Shown one piece after another: positions 1 through 10,088 of a stretch of DNA of 38,430 nt. A program made the translations under genes and the position numbers. The number at the start of each line of letters is the position of its first letter. Positions within the stretch are counted from its first letter, which is position 1. The DNA is from a virus (Duplodnaviria; Heunggongvirae; Uroviricota; Caudoviricetes). Under the pieces are notes generated by a model. It was not told the origin of the DNA, made no database searches, and was given only the letters and a program-made list of their open reading frames with translations. The stretch is taken from the IMG/VR virus record IMGVR_UViG_2778261428_000003, positions 1-38,430 of that record; one strand, 5' to 3'.

Positions 1-555
1 CTAATCCCTGCCTACAGGAAATTTTCGGTATAGTGTTGACACTCCTACATCATAAATTAATGCTACGCGCTGACACGTTTCTCCTGCAGCGATTAGTCTC
101 CCTGCCTGCGCCCACTGCTCATCCGTTAGTTTTGGCTTACGTCCACCAATTCGTCCCTGTGCGCGAGCAGCTTCCAGTCCAGCTTTTGTTCGTTCAACAA
201 TCAGTTCACGCTCCATTTCAGCCAGGGCACCCATCACATGAAAGAAAAAGCGCCCCATTGGGGTACTAGTATCAATTGAATCCGTCAGACTACGAAAGTT
301 GATGCCTCGTTCGCGCAACTCCTCAACCAGAATGACCAGATGCCGCATACTACGCCCCAGCCGATCCAGCTTCCAGACAACCAGAGTGTCACCTGCCGAT
401 AATGTCCTGAGCAGTTTTTTCAGTCCTGGCCTTTCGGACTTTGTACCGCTTATCTTGTCTTCAAAAATCAGCTCGCATCCTGCACAGTTCAGCGCATTAC
501 GTTGTAGATCTGTGTTCTGGTCATTTGTTGACACACGTACATAGCCAATAAGCAT
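1..555 (-). CDS. pin: Serine recombinase / DNA invertase (Hin/Gin/Pin family), 184 aa
   Basis: Translation MLIGYVRVSTNDQNTDLQ...GDTLVVWKLDRLGRS has the resolvase/invertase catalytic N-terminus and a C-terminal HTH; ATG at 553-555 (minus), stop TAG at 1-3; sits next to an inverted-repeat-flanked tail-fibre segment. Confidence 0.9.
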   Translation of the reverse strand: MLIGYVRVSTNDQNTDLQRNALNCAGCELIFEDKISGTKSERPGLKKLLRTLSAGDTLVVWKLDRLGRSMRHLVILVEELRERGINFRSLTDSIDTSTPMGRFFFHVMGALAEMERELIVERTKAGLEAARAQGRIGGRKPKLTDEQWAQAGRLIAAGETCQRVALIYDVGVSTLYRKFPVGRD

Positions 556-581
556 GGTAGATCTCCCTGACAAAAGCAGGA

Positions 582-974
582 ATGATGCCATTTGCTCGTT
601 ATTTCTGCATTTTCATAAACGTTGGTTTGGGAGAAGCGGCTAAAAGGAATGTAGGGACAGGGGCGAATCAGATACCTGATATGGGTAGCTTCACGCTTTC
701 TGTTTCAGGTACTGGATATCAAAAATTACCATCAGGTTTTATTCTTCAGTGGGGCTCAATCGGCGCACCAGGCATTGCACAGGATGTAGTAACCCATTTT
801 CCAATTGCATTTCCAAACAGATGTCTGCGTGTTTTGGTCTCACAAGACTACACACCAGATAGCGGGGCTGTTGGTTATATTGCCTGTGCAGGTTTTAGTC
901 CCGACCCGGTTAAATTTATATCCAGAGCCAGTACTCCAGGTCTCGGCGCTTCATTTTTAGCGTTAGGCTGTTAA
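582..974 (+). CDS. Alternative (currently silent) tail-fibre C-terminal segment; expressible only after inversion, effective segment about 624-974
   Basis: ORF reads through the left crossover site encoding N-V-G-L-G-E in the same frame as N-L-G-L-G-D of the expressed fibre; Gly-rich fibre-like sequence; followed by its own tfa gene. Confidence 0.55.
   Translation: MMPFARYFCIFINVGLGEAAKRNVGTGANQIPDMGSFTLSVSGTGYQKLPSGFILQWGSIGAPGIAQDVVTHFPIAFPNRCLRVLVSQDYTPDSGAVGYIACAGFSPDPVKFISRASTPGLGASFLALGC
610..635. other. Left inversion crossover site (hix/gix-like 26-bp site)
   Basis: ttttcataAACGTTGGTTTgggagaa is an inverted copy of the site at 2478-2503; both share the core GGTTTGGGAGA. Confidence 0.6.
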
Positions 975-995
975 TTTAGCTATATGGAGTGAAAA

Positions 996-1436
996 ATGAA
1001 TTATATATATTCCGCGACTACAAACTCTTTCTATCCGTTAGAGATGAAAGAGGATTACACTCAAGCTGACTCATGGCCAGATGATGCTGTTGAAGTTGAT
1101 GAGCAAGTGTATATTGAGTTTTCCGGATTACCGCCAAAAGGAAAAATCCGTATCGCTGGAGAAAATGGTTTTCCTGCATGGTCTGAAATTCCACCACCAA
1201 CACATGAGGAACAGATTGCTGCAGCCGAACTGGAAAAGCAGCAACTGATTAATCAGGCCAACGATTATATGAACAGTAAACAATGGCCTGGTAAAGCGGC
1301 TATTGGTCGTCTGAAAGGTGAGGAACTGGCGCAATATAATTTGTGGCTGGATTATCTGGACGCACTGGAACTGGTTGATACCTCCAGTGCTCCAGATATT
1401 GAATGGCCTACGCCTCCGGCAGTTCAGGCCAGATGA
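996..1436 (+). CDS. Tail fibre assembly protein (Tfa), alternate copy inside the invertible segment
   Basis: 146 aa with typical Tfa C-terminus (...LWLDYLDALELVDTSSAPDIEWPTPP); GGAG Shine-Dalgarno before ATG; convergent 3' overlap with second tfa. Confidence 0.75.
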   Translation: MNYIYSATTNSFYPLEMKEDYTQADSWPDDAVEVDEQVYIEFSGLPPKGKIRIAGENGFPAWSEIPPPTHEEQIAAAELEKQQLINQANDYMNSKQWPGKAAIGRLKGEELAQYNLWLDYLDALELVDTSSAPDIEWPTPPAVQAR

Positions 1437-2010
1437 CATTCGGCGCGGTGCTGGTATCTGTTGCCGTCACTGCGTCAATGTAATCCAGCACAGCGTTAAG
1501 CCGGGTGGTTTCTGCCTGCGTCAGCTTCCGTCCGGCCTGTAGTTTCAGTTGAATCAGACTAATGGAAGCCATTGCTGCATCAATCAGTGACTGGCGCAGT
1601 GCTTCTGCCGCGTCTACTGCGGCATTATGCTGTGCCTCAGTATCTGTCACCCATTTCTCACCATCCCATTCATCGTATGGCGTTAACGGGGCGATAGTGG
1701 TCGTATTTTCAGGATAATCACCCGGACCTGTGATTTCTTTCGATTCTCCTGTTTCGGTGCTATAAACGATTTCACCGCGATGGTCTGGCACATATTCCCA
1801 TGAGTTTAAATCCATCGAACGGCAGATAGCATAACCCGCCTTATGTGTGCCAGGGGCATCTAAACAGGAATATGCAGGGATACCGACACCAATGGCAAGA
1901 TATTCATTTGAAGTGGAAATATATTCCCGAGTTTCACCATCATAGTTATAGACGGTAATATTCCCCGCCTTCGTGGCAATAAGCTCGCTATTTAATACGG
2001 CGTTATCCAT
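1408..2010 (-). CDS. Tail fibre assembly protein (Tfa) for the expressed fibre
   Basis: 200 aa, Tfa-like C-terminus (...LNAVLDYIDAVTATDTSTAPNVIWPELPEA); start overlaps the stop of the fibre gene at 2010. Confidence 0.8.
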   Translation of the reverse strand: MDNAVLNSELIATKAGNITVYNYDGETREYISTSNEYLAIGVGIPAYSCLDAPGTHKAGYAICRSMDLNSWEYVPDHRGEIVYSTETGESKEITGPGDYPENTTTIAPLTPYDEWDGEKWVTDTEAQHNAAVDAAEALRQSLIDAAMASISLIQLKLQAGRKLTQAETTRLNAVLDYIDAVTATDTSTAPNVIWPELPEA

Positions 2011-2780
2011 TATGCAGCCCTCACGATAAAGTTAAATGCAATATTTCGTGGACGGGTTTCACTCCCGCCAGTATTACCGATACTCCCTCGTGAATGAAGT
2101 GTCGGTGATGGGATCAGACTCCCTCCTGTATTTGTGGCATCAAGTCCCCGTCCTTGTGTGTATGTCTTTTTGAAAATCGTAGCCAGTTCCCATTCATCTT
2201 TTGTGTCGTAACCATCATTGGCAACAACAATATGACGGTGCTTTTCCAGCATCCCAGCCTGAAGGCTCAATAAAGCACGTCCTGCATCAATACCGCGCCC
2301 ATCATCCCAGCCACGAATAAATTCACCTCGTAAATCAGGCAATTTATTTGTCGGGTAAGCCTTTGCCAGTTCCGGGTATTCTTCAGCAGAAAAAGCCGCC
2401 CCGTTGCATTTCAGCCAGCCTGTTGGAGGTGTCTCTGAAGGCCACGGAACAGGCGCACCAATAGGTAATGCTGAACCATCTCCCAAACCAAGGTTTTCGA
2501 GAGCCGTTTTCACCGTGCCATCCGATTTGATATCGCCAAACGGATTCTTGCGGCTTAACAGCAGCGCACGAAGCGCGGTAAGCAGCTGGTCATGCCGCCC
2601 CTTCTCCAGGCTGGCACCGGATGCCTCCACCACGCTGCAGAGTTCTTCCTGCAACATGTCAAAGTAGTCATCATCCAGATCGGTGGCAGGTGTGCCGGTC
2701 TGGGGGTTACCACGGGTAAAACCGTTCTTACCCGCGCCGAACTTATCCTTCTGCGCGGTTTTCGTGTCTATACGATGCAT
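2010..2780 (-). CDS. Tail fibre protein (constant N-terminus about 92 aa + invertible C-terminus with phage tail-collar/T4 gp12-like domain)
   Basis: 256 aa; motif [22 protein letters not shown]...[17 protein letters not shown] typical of tail-collar fibre domains; crossover site lies inside the gene. Confidence 0.8.
   Translation of the reverse strand: MHRIDTKTAQKDKFGAGKNGFTRGNPQTGTPATDLDDDYFDMLQEELCSVVEASGASLEKGRHDQLLTALRALLLSRKNPFGDIKSDGTVKTALENLGLGDGSALPIGAPVPWPSETPPTGWLKCNGAAFSAEEYPELAKAYPTNKLPDLRGEFIRGWDDGRGIDAGRALLSLQAGMLEKHRHIVVANDGYDTKDEWELATIFKKTYTQGRGLDATNTGGSLIPSPTLHSRGSIGNTGGSETRPRNIAFNFIVRAA
2478..2503. other. Right inversion crossover site (hix/gix-like)
   Basis: atctccCAAACCAAGGTTTTcgagag contains the AAACCAAGGTTTT core known from Hin/Gin sites; imperfect dyad; inverted copy at 610-635. 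Confidence 0.65.
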
Positions 2781-2783
2781 GGA

Positions 2784-3368
2784 TTACTCCGGATATTTAA
2801 AAATTACGTAGGTATGCGAAGGACAGAGTTTGTTAAGCACACACTCGACAACGGTGTCGCCCCAGATACGCAGTGCGGAATCACAGGGATCGCCACATGT
2901 CATCCAGGTGGTGTTGGTGGCGGCTGGCATGTTGACCTGCCAGTAATACCGCCATTCCGGCGCATTCACAGCGTCAGTGCAGGCTGATGAGCAGGTGAAC
3001 GTGCTTTTGTCGTATCGCGTGATGGTAGCGTCTGATCTACCCAGGGCAGCAAGCTGTGCAAGGTAAAAATCCTCATTGATGCCGCCCGCCAGGTTAACCT
3101 TCGCATCCAGTCGTTGCTGACGCTGGCGAAGGGTCTGTGTCCCTGCGGGAATACATTCATCCGGCAGGCTGCACAGACGCTCCCAGCGGTTTATCAGTTC
3201 GGTGGTGGTGCGCGGATCCAGCTCCCGCATCAGGGCATCCGCACGCTGATGAACACGAGTTAATGACGGTGCCGCACCGGCAATCGCCGGATCGCTGGCT
3301 GACCACGCCGGACCGGGCGGCAGCAGTGCCGACAACAGACGGATGTAATCATCGTTTGTCACGTCCAT
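2784..3368 (-). CDS. ymfQ: DUF2313 family tail protein (Mu gp48-like, e14 YmfQ-like), 194 aa
   Basis: Length and position between baseplate J and tail fibre; recognised from translation; recalled similarity to e14 YmfQ. Confidence 0.65.
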   Translation of the reverse strand: MDVTNDDYIRLLSALLPPGPAWSASDPAIAGAAPSLTRVHQRADALMRELDPRTTTELINRWERLCSLPDECIPAGTQTLRQRQQRLDAKVNLAGGINEDFYLAQLAALGRSDATITRYDKSTFTCSSACTDAVNAPEWRYYWQVNMPAATNTTWMTCGDPCDSALRIWGDTVVECVLNKLCPSHTYVIFKYPE

Positions 3369-4417
3369 GAAATCGTACCCAGAACCGCCAGTTCATTTTT
3401 TGCAATGGAGATATTGTCCGCCGGAGCAAGCAACTGATGGCTGTATTCCCCGTTCGCACCGGAAATCGCTTCACTGATACGCGATACCTTCAGCTCTCCC
3501 TGCGGATAACCATCACGCAGCAGGAATGAACGCAACTCTGCGGTAATGGCAGCCCGTATTTCCGGTGTGTCCGGCGTCACGCGGATATGAAAATCCACCG
3601 TATGTGCCACCGGCCTGAACACATACAAATCAGAGCCTGCCACCGGGGCCAATGGCCCGATATGTTGTCTTGCCGCCGTTTCCGTTGATTCTTCAGGAAT
3701 GGGATTAATCAGGTCACTACTGGCAATCATCACACCGACAGTCCCCGTTCCCATCCAGTGACGATATGCCCATGCGCGGGTAATGCCGGGCACTTCTTTA
3801 GCCCAGACGACATAGTCCCCGTCAGCCCCGCCCTGAGGCGTCCAGTAATACCGCTCAATGATGCGGGCGCGCCACGTTTCCAGCTCTTCAGTATCAAATC
3901 CGCCTGTCAGGGTGTCAGCCACACCGGAAGACGGCAGCCCATTCACCGGCGTGACCAGGATTAATGCCGTACCGTCGTCAGCGTTACCGACCGCACCTGC
4001 ACTTGAGCAGGCGATCGGCACGCGCAGGACACCACCGGAGCTGGTTGCATCGGCAGTTGCCGTGTACTGAACCAGGTCATCGCGCTGAATAACACTCCCG
4101 GCGGTCACCTTCAGGCCATCACTGACACCTTCCCAGCGCATATATCCGCTGGCAGCCGTGGCCCCCTTGCGCGGACACCGTTTCATCGCAGCATGTCGCG
4201 CCAGCCAGGACTCATCGCACAGGTCAGGCAGCATGTTCAATGCCAGATAATCGATGTACCCGTAAACCGTATGCAGCGCCGCCGCATACACCTTTGCCCG
4301 CACGTCTTCATCCATGCGCCGGAGCGTGTCGCTGACGTCCAGCCTGGCGAATAAATCGTTACGGAGCATACTGATATTTTCTGCCAGCGTCGGGCGCTGA
4401 AATTCACTGTCCGCCAT
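3359..4417 (-). CDS. Baseplate J-like protein (Mu gp47-like)
   Basis: 352 aa, position in Mu-type baseplate block, operon packing with overlaps. Confidence 0.75.
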   Translation of the reverse strand: MADSEFQRPTLAENISMLRNDLFARLDVSDTLRRMDEDVRAKVYAAALHTVYGYIDYLALNMLPDLCDESWLARHAAMKRCPRKGATAASGYMRWEGVSDGLKVTAGSVIQRDDLVQYTATADATSSGGVLRVPIACSSAGAVGNADDGTALILVTPVNGLPSSGVADTLTGGFDTEELETWRARIIERYYWTPQGGADGDYVVWAKEVPGITRAWAYRHWMGTGTVGVMIASSDLINPIPEESTETAARQHIGPLAPVAGSDLYVFRPVAHTVDFHIRVTPDTPEIRAAITAELRSFLLRDGYPQGELKVSRISEAISGANGEYSHQLLAPADNISIAKNELAVLGTISWT

Positions 4418-4832
4418 GCGTTATCGCACTCCACAGATCATCAAAAGAAATCATTACCGGTCCGTCACGACGCCAGAGAGTGATACTGTTACCCAGTTCA
4501 TTAATCCCGGTGCGGCGGATATCCAGATCAATACGGGACACCACGCCGTCATCAATCATCCATTGCAGGCATTCGCGGATATACCCCCTTACCGTCTGCA
4601 CCAGCTGATTGGTCAGTTTGCTGCGCTGAAGCAGCCACAGTCGGGAGCCGTAACGGTCATTCTGTACCGCAGGCCAGGTATCCCCCCACCATCCCATCGG
4701 GACGTCGGCGTTGTCATCAGGCTCCGCCCGCCGCCAGGTAAACAGGGAAATCACCACGGCGCGGGTCAGCGGATCCAGCGGTGCGCTGGCGCAGGTGCGT
4801 TTACCGTTCACCGTCAGCCACAGTTCCATCAT
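4404..4832 (-). CDS. Baseplate protein, GP46 family (Mu gp46-like)
   Basis: 142 aa, conserved position between gpV-like and gpJ-like genes. Confidence 0.6.
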   Translation of the reverse strand: MMELWLTVNGKRTCASAPLDPLTRAVVISLFTWRRAEPDDNADVPMGWWGDTWPAVQNDRYGSRLWLLQRSKLTNQLVQTVRGYIRECLQWMIDDGVVSRIDLDIRRTGINELGNSITLWRRDGPVMISFDDLWSAITHGGQ

Positions 4833-5377
4833 GCCTCCATCGCTTTATCAGGTTTGTCGGTGTTACTGCCCTGACCGTTCTCTCTGTGACGATGCCCGTT
4901 ATAGGCAAGCCGCATCGCTGACATGGTGGTGCCGCTGGAGTCGCACAGGTCTTTCACCTGTCCTGTCACTTCCAGGTCCATTTCAAAACGTGCTTTAGGT
5001 GAATTGCGAAACGTGATCGTTTTACCTGCACCGTCCACCACGATCCCCTCCCGGGTCAGCGTCACGGACTGCCCCTGATCGTCATAGACCGCCACCTCAC
5101 CCGTCTGCAGCCCTTTCAGGCGGTAGCGCCGGTCCGACACCGTAACAACCACCGCATGAGAACGGTCGCCATCCGGAAACAACACCACCGCTTCCGCACC
5201 GCTGTTTGCCCTTGCGGTAAAACCGTAGGGTTCAAGATGTTCAACCCCGGCTTTGGGTTCACCGGCAATCAGGGACACATCCACGGTCTGACATTTCGTG
5301 GCGGCACTGATGCTTTTCACCACTGCCCGCCCAATCAGGCCGAGGAGTTGTCGCTGCATGGCTTCAATCGTCCTCAT
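4829..5377 (-). CDS. Baseplate assembly protein V / spike (Mu gp45-like)
   Basis: 182 aa, gpV-like sequence, conserved order. Confidence 0.65.
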   Translation of the reverse strand: MRTIEAMQRQLLGLIGRAVVKSISAATKCQTVDVSLIAGEPKAGVEHLEPYGFTARANSGAEAVVLFPDGDRSHAVVVTVSDRRYRLKGLQTGEVAVYDDQGQSVTLTREGIVVDGAGKTITFRNSPKARFEMDLEVTGQVKDLCDSSGTTMSAMRLAYNGHRHRENGQGSNTDKPDKAMEA

Positions 5378-6456
5378 CAGAACGGGTCCTCCTGTACTCT
5401 GGCTTTTTTCTTTTTCCGCGCGCCGGGGGCTTCGGGTTCAGGCAGATAAGCATCAGGCGGGCCGACACGGATTTCCGTCAGGGTGCCGTTCTGGTCCTGA
5501 GTAAACGTGACTTCCGAGACAAGCAGTTCGGTATTGTCGAAACCACAGACCGGATCGAAGACAATCACCCGCTGGTTGGGTTGCCACAGCGTACCGTTAC
5601 CCTGTCGCCAGCCCTGCACCACATAGGTGGTTTCATCCGTCCGCGCCGCCCGTTGCCGGGCTTCAAAGTCCGCACGGGCAATACAGCCTGCCCCCGTAGC
5701 CTGCCCTGTCTGCCTGATATACATCGGACGGTAACGGGCAATAAATGCGTCTTCTGTGCGGGCCCGCAGCGCGGTGGTGGTGGCCTCACCGAAATCATCG
5801 TCATTTCCGGCACGCTGCCCCGCCACCTGGTAAACTGAAAACCGCTCCCGGATACTCTTCTCCGTATCACAGGAAAGGATGTTTTCCCCAAGTACCAGCG
5901 CGGTATGTGCCCGCGTTGAGCCAATACCGCCAATCACCAGCCTGCCATGCGGGTCGTCGTAAGCCAGTGCCTGCTGCTGACCGAGTATTTTGTTGATTAC
6001 CTCAATCACCGTTTCACCGTGATCAGGCTGGACATCCGGAATAACACCCGACGGCGCACCGTTGTTCACCACCTCAATGCCGAAAGGCGCAGCAAGCGCC
6101 TGCGCAATCTGTACCAGCGATCGTCCGTTAAACTGTGTCGATTCGGCTGCACAGTCAATCAGGTCAGCGGTCAGACTGCGTCCAGCAATACCGGTGCTGA
6201 CCGAACGGGCATCGTAACGAACGGGCGTCGCCTCCACCCAGCCGGTGATCACCAGCTCATCACCAATCAGAACTTCCACTTTTGAACCGTTTTTAATACG
6301 CGGCTGAAGCGTGGTGATACCCTCATCTCCCGGCCACTGGCGGGTGATCTCCACACTGAAATCCCGTGCCAGCCGTTCAATACCGGCACCGATGCGCACC
6401 GATGTCCAGCCATTCCACTCCCGGCCATTTACCCGTAGCGTGACGTTATCGTTCAT
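5377..6456 (-). CDS. Tail protein, phage late control D / baseplate hub (Mu gp44, P2 gpD-like)
   Basis: 359 aa, position after DNA circulation gene, Lys-rich C-terminus. Confidence 0.65.
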   Translation of the reverse strand: MNDNVTLRVNGREWNGWTSVRIGAGIERLARDFSVEITRQWPGDEGITTLQPRIKNGSKVEVLIGDELVITGWVEATPVRYDARSVSTGIAGRSLTADLIDCAAESTQFNGRSLVQIAQALAAPFGIEVVNNGAPSGVIPDVQPDHGETVIEVINKILGQQQALAYDDPHGRLVIGGIGSTRAHTALVLGENILSCDTEKSIRERFSVYQVAGQRAGNDDDFGEATTTALRARTEDAFIARYRPMYIRQTGQATGAGCIARADFEARQRAARTDETTYVVQGWRQGNGTLWQPNQRVIVFDPVCGFDNTELLVSEVTFTQDQNGTLTEIRVGPPDAYLPEPEAPGARKKKKARVQEDPF

Positions 6457-7781
6457 TGCACTGGCACCTTCAGAGGGATCACCGGCACAAAGCCGGGATG
6501 TGTAATGGCATTGCGCCGGATAATGTCCGCGTCACGCGCCGCGTTATCAAACCAGGTCGCCGCCAGCACCAGCGCGGGTAAAACCTCATCCGGCGTACGC
6601 TGAATGATCCGCGCAGACTGTTCAAGGCGCGTGTTGATATCCGCATTCAGATCTGCTTTCACCCGGCGCAGCGCCAGAAACAGCACATCACTGGTTGTAC
6701 GGGACAACTCCTTATCAATTGCCGTATTCAGTGTGTCGCGAATGTCGGTCAGCTCTTCCCACGTTGGCAGGTCAACCGTGTTTTTCACCGCCGGTGCATT
6801 GTTCAGTGCCGGATGCGTGACGGAAGGCCAGCCGGTGCTCTGCGCGGGTGTTGTTGACTGCCCCACTGCGGCATTCTGCATCACCGCGGAAGTTGTTGGC
6901 GCAGGCAATCGGGTAACGGCATACGCCGCTTCGCTGATTGCAGTCGTACGAAGGGTGCTGGCAACCACGTTACGCTGCTGCGTCGCTGTGGCGGTGGTTT
7001 TACTATCCGTTTTCCAGACACCGCGCGGTTGCAGATCGCTGCCGAGGCTGACACCGGAAAGCGTTTTGATCATGGTGACCAGGTCGCTGGCGTTACCATA
7101 AAGGCGCTTCCCGGTACGCCACATTTTCTGCACCTGCTCAACGAAATTTTTGCCTGACGATGGCGGCGGCAGAAGTACCGAGATATCCCCCTGCAACAGC
7201 CTGGCGGCATCCGATACAGCAGAATCCACCACTTTCATCGCATCAGAAACATACCCCAGCATTATGCTGGCATTACCGATAACGTCGTTCTGCACAAAAT
7301 CTGCCACGCCATCGATACTGAAACCACTGAAACTGTCACTGATGCAGTCATCCAGTGCAGAACAGGATGACATCAGCGTCTGCGCCGTCGCCGCACCTGA
7401 TGTGGGGTAAGAGAGTTCTCCCGCTTCGACAAACTTCAGGTCAAAGCGGACAATACGCCCTTCACTCTTCGATGTGCTGACCCGAACCTCCCCGTCAACA
7501 CAGACTTTCAGCTCACCGTATGTCGGATGGACAAGCGTGCCGGGACCGGGTTTATTCAGCGCGTCAATCAGGCGATCGCGCTGGTCAAAGCAGTCATCTC
7601 CCACCACATAAGCCGTGATGGACGGGCGGAAAGTGACTTTTCCCAGATCTTCGGTATAGGGTTTGTCGCGGTTCGGGTATTCGTGCGTTTCCACACGACG
7701 ACCGGTTCCCGCACTTTCTTCTTCAACCTTAAACGGCACACCGCGAAATGACGCGTCCTGAAGTCTGTCTTTCCACGTCAT
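6453..7781 (-). CDS. DNA circulation protein (Mu gp43-like)
   Basis: Start reassigned to ATG at 7781 (MTWKDRLQDASFRGVPF...) with GGAG 8 nt upstream; the ORF-track N-terminal extension covers a hairpin and is unlikely to be coding. Confidence 0.7.
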   Translation of the reverse strand: MTWKDRLQDASFRGVPFKVEEESAGTGRRVETHEYPNRDKPYTEDLGKVTFRPSITAYVVGDDCFDQRDRLIDALNKPGPGTLVHPTYGELKVCVDGEVRVSTSKSEGRIVRFDLKFVEAGELSYPTSGAATAQTLMSSCSALDDCISDSFSGFSIDGVADFVQNDVIGNASIMLGYVSDAMKVVDSAVSDAARLLQGDISVLLPPPSSGKNFVEQVQKMWRTGKRLYGNASDLVTMIKTLSGVSLGSDLQPRGVWKTDSKTTATATQQRNVVASTLRTTAISEAAYAVTRLPAPTTSAVMQNAAVGQSTTPAQSTGWPSVTHPALNNAPAVKNTVDLPTWEELTDIRDTLNTAIDKELSRTTSDVLFLALRRVKADLNADINTRLEQSARIIQRTPDEVLPALVLAATWFDNAARDADIIRRNAITHPGFVPVIPLKVPVQ

Positions 7782-7793
7782 ATAAACTCCGTA

Positions 7794-7819
7794 CATAAAA
7801 AATCCCACCGGAGTGGGAC
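7794..7819 (-). terminator. Terminator-like hairpin between tape measure and DNA circulation genes
   Basis: Minus strand reads tcccac-tccg-gtggga followed by TTTTTTAT. Confidence 0.45.
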
Positions 7820-7841
7820 TCATTAACAGATTAATTTTTCA

Positions 7842-9677
7842 TTACCTGCCAAAGCGCGTATAGCCAACATCATGGCTGACATCAAAACCGCTGGATCGCG
7901 TTTCCATAACCCGCATACCCGGAGGCGAATTCACAAAAGAGACCTTGATCTCACCATCAACTTTTGGCGCAGAAGCTTTGTTAATCATGAAGGGGTTCGG
8001 GCCTGTGACATCGGAGGCGTTGTTTGACTGAGCCGGATCTACCGCCGGATAAGGTGTGTATCCCCGCGCAGGTATTCCCGTCCCATAAGCATCATAAGCA
8101 CCCGCGCCCCACTGCGCAGAGTTAATGGCATCGACCGTGTCACCGGAACTGTCGGTAAACCACTCAATAATTGGCTTCAGCTTGTCCCACATATCCTGAA
8201 ACCACTTAACAACCGGCCCCCAGTTATTGATCACCATCCCCAGCGGCGACCAGGCAAAAACTTTCTTAAGGAGTTCCCAGCCAGCCTCAAAATAAGGACC
8301 AATGGTTTCCCAGAGTTTCTTAAAATAAGGTCCGACAACATCCCAGTTAGTGATAATTAATCCCGCAGCCAGGGCTATCGCCGTCGCAATCATGCCAATC
8401 GGCGTCATCGACATGATCCTGCTGACAATACTGATGGCACCGCCAACACCCATCAATCCCAGTTTCAGAATCGCAAGACCGGCAGCAAGCCCGACGACGC
8501 CGCGAATAACCCGGGGATTTTCATCCGCAAACTTCGTGAATTTCTCCCCCAACTCCCCCAGCCATTGCGTGATATTTTTAGCGTCACCAGAAAATGCGCC
8601 GCCAATAGCCGCAAGGCCGTTAGTTGCGGTCCCTGTCATTGCCTCCCACAGGTTGGACAGCGTACCAAGCTGTGCCTGAACACGTTTATTCAGGCTGGCC
8701 TGTTTATTCATCTTCTGCTGGATCTGATCGTAGCCATCCTTTCCTTTATCGATTAGTGCATTGACCACCTGAAGGGTTTCGGCATCATCACCAAATATTG
8801 CCTTAAGTACACCTGTTCGCTTAACGTCGGTCAGTTTTCGCAGCTTTGCCAGTTGCCTGAACATGTTATCAAGACCGCCAAAACTTCCTTTGCCGTCAGT
8901 AAAATCGAGCTGTACCCCGAGTTTCTGGCGGGCCATAACTTTATTAACGTCCCTGATTTTCTTAACACTTAATCCGGACTGGATAACTTTTCGCAGTGCA
9001 TTACCTGCCGACTCCCCGTTCATCCCCATCTGATCCATCATGACGTTGATGGGGGCAAGGCTCTGTGCAGCCTGAAGACCGTCCTTGTTCACCATCTTCA
9101 GAACAGAACTGGTTTTAGTGAAGAAGGACAACATGTTGGTATCGTCAACGCCCAGATAAAACGCCTTCTGGATAGTGTCGAACAGCCCCATCATGTCTTC
9201 TGACGCCGTTCCGGTAGCATCCTGCATCTTTGCAGCAAACTCAGCAGCCGCTTCCGGTGTTTTTTTCAGTTGTACCGCAAGATAAGCTGTCGCTTTACCC
9301 ACACCACCCAGAATGTTTTCTGCCGGGATCCCCTGACGCACCAGCATCTGCATCATGTTCTGGAAATCAGCCGTTGTACCGGGTAGCTGGTTACCCAGGC
9401 CAATAGCCAGTTTGTTGATGTCCTGAAAGCTCTTTCCAACCTCGCCGTTCGCATCCATCATGGCGACTTTCAGCCCGGTGGCGGCGTTTTCCTGATCGGC
9501 ATAAGATTTCAGGGAAAGCGTCAGACCCGCTGCCAGTCCGCCACCAAGCGCCAGCCCACCCTGTGACGCTTCTTCCGCCTGGCGTTTAAATCCCCGGATT
9601 TTCTTTTGCATTTTCGACAGCGCGGGAGAAAGCCTGTCGACACCGGTGATCAACGCCTTAAGCTCAAATTCAGCCAT
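7842..9677 (-). CDS. Tail tape measure protein
   Basis: 611 aa, Ala/Gly-rich with hydrophobic segments, directly downstream of chaperone pair. Confidence 0.85.
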   Translation of the reverse strand: MAEFELKALITGVDRLSPALSKMQKKIRGFKRQAEEASQGGLALGGGLAAGLTLSLKSYADQENAATGLKVAMMDANGEVGKSFQDINKLAIGLGNQLPGTTADFQNMMQMLVRQGIPAENILGGVGKATAYLAVQLKKTPEAAAEFAAKMQDATGTASEDMMGLFDTIQKAFYLGVDDTNMLSFFTKTSSVLKMVNKDGLQAAQSLAPINVMMDQMGMNGESAGNALRKVIQSGLSVKKIRDVNKVMARQKLGVQLDFTDGKGSFGGLDNMFRQLAKLRKLTDVKRTGVLKAIFGDDAETLQVVNALIDKGKDGYDQIQQKMNKQASLNKRVQAQLGTLSNLWEAMTGTATNGLAAIGGAFSGDAKNITQWLGELGEKFTKFADENPRVIRGVVGLAAGLAILKLGLMGVGGAISIVSRIMSMTPIGMIATAIALAAGLIITNWDVVGPYFKKLWETIGPYFEAGWELLKKVFAWSPLGMVINNWGPVVKWFQDMWDKLKPIIEWFTDSSGDTVDAINSAQWGAGAYDAYGTGIPARGYTPYPAVDPAQSNNASDVTGPNPFMINKASAPKVDGEIKVSFVNSPPGMRVMETRSSGFDVSHDVGYTRFGR

Positions 9678-9852
9678 GTGTGCGTTTCTCCTGCTCTATC
9701 CTGTTTGCCTGACTGACCAGCAAGGGAATTTCACTGATCGGCATATTCAGCAATTCGAAGGGATTAATGCGCCAGTAGCTGGCGCAGTCAAAGAAGCGAT
9801 CAGTGAGGTATTCAGCCGTCAGGCCTGGAGGAAAAAACCAGCCACAAGCCAC
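9670..9852 (-). CDS. Tail assembly chaperone -1 frameshift extension (GT-like)
   Basis: ORF in the -1 frame overlapping the end of 9819..10088; slippery heptamer T_TTT_TTC at 9831-9837 (minus strand) 10 nt before the 0-frame stop. Confidence 0.5.
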   Translation of the reverse strand: MACGWFFPPGLTAEYLTDRFFDCASYWRINPFELLNMPISEIPLLVSQANRIEQEKRTHG

Positions 9853-10088
9853 GCCGCTGCATTCAGGTCTGCCGGAGACATCTGGTCGACAGAGCTTTGC
9901 GGCACTTTCGCCAGCCGCACAATGTATTTCGACACCACATGCGCCAGAAGTCTGACGGACTCATCCTGATTCATCTGGTAGGGATACCCCAGCTCGCGGA
10001 CATCCTTCCCGGTGGGTTCATCAAACTCCAGTACGGAGAGTGTCTCACCATGAGCGATAATCGGTTTCTTTAACTCAAGCTCTTTCAT
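9819..10088 (-). CDS. Tail assembly chaperone (G-like)
   Basis: 89 aa between tube and tape measure genes, the conserved chaperone position. Confidence 0.6.
   Translation of the reverse strand: MKELELKKPIIAHGETLSVLEFDEPTGKDVRELGYPYQMNQDESVRLLAHVVSKYIVRLAKVPQSSVDQMSPADLNAAAWLVAGFFLQA

Noticed and set aside
6604-7101. 165-aa plus-strand ORF
   Set aside because: Antisense to the DNA circulation protein gene
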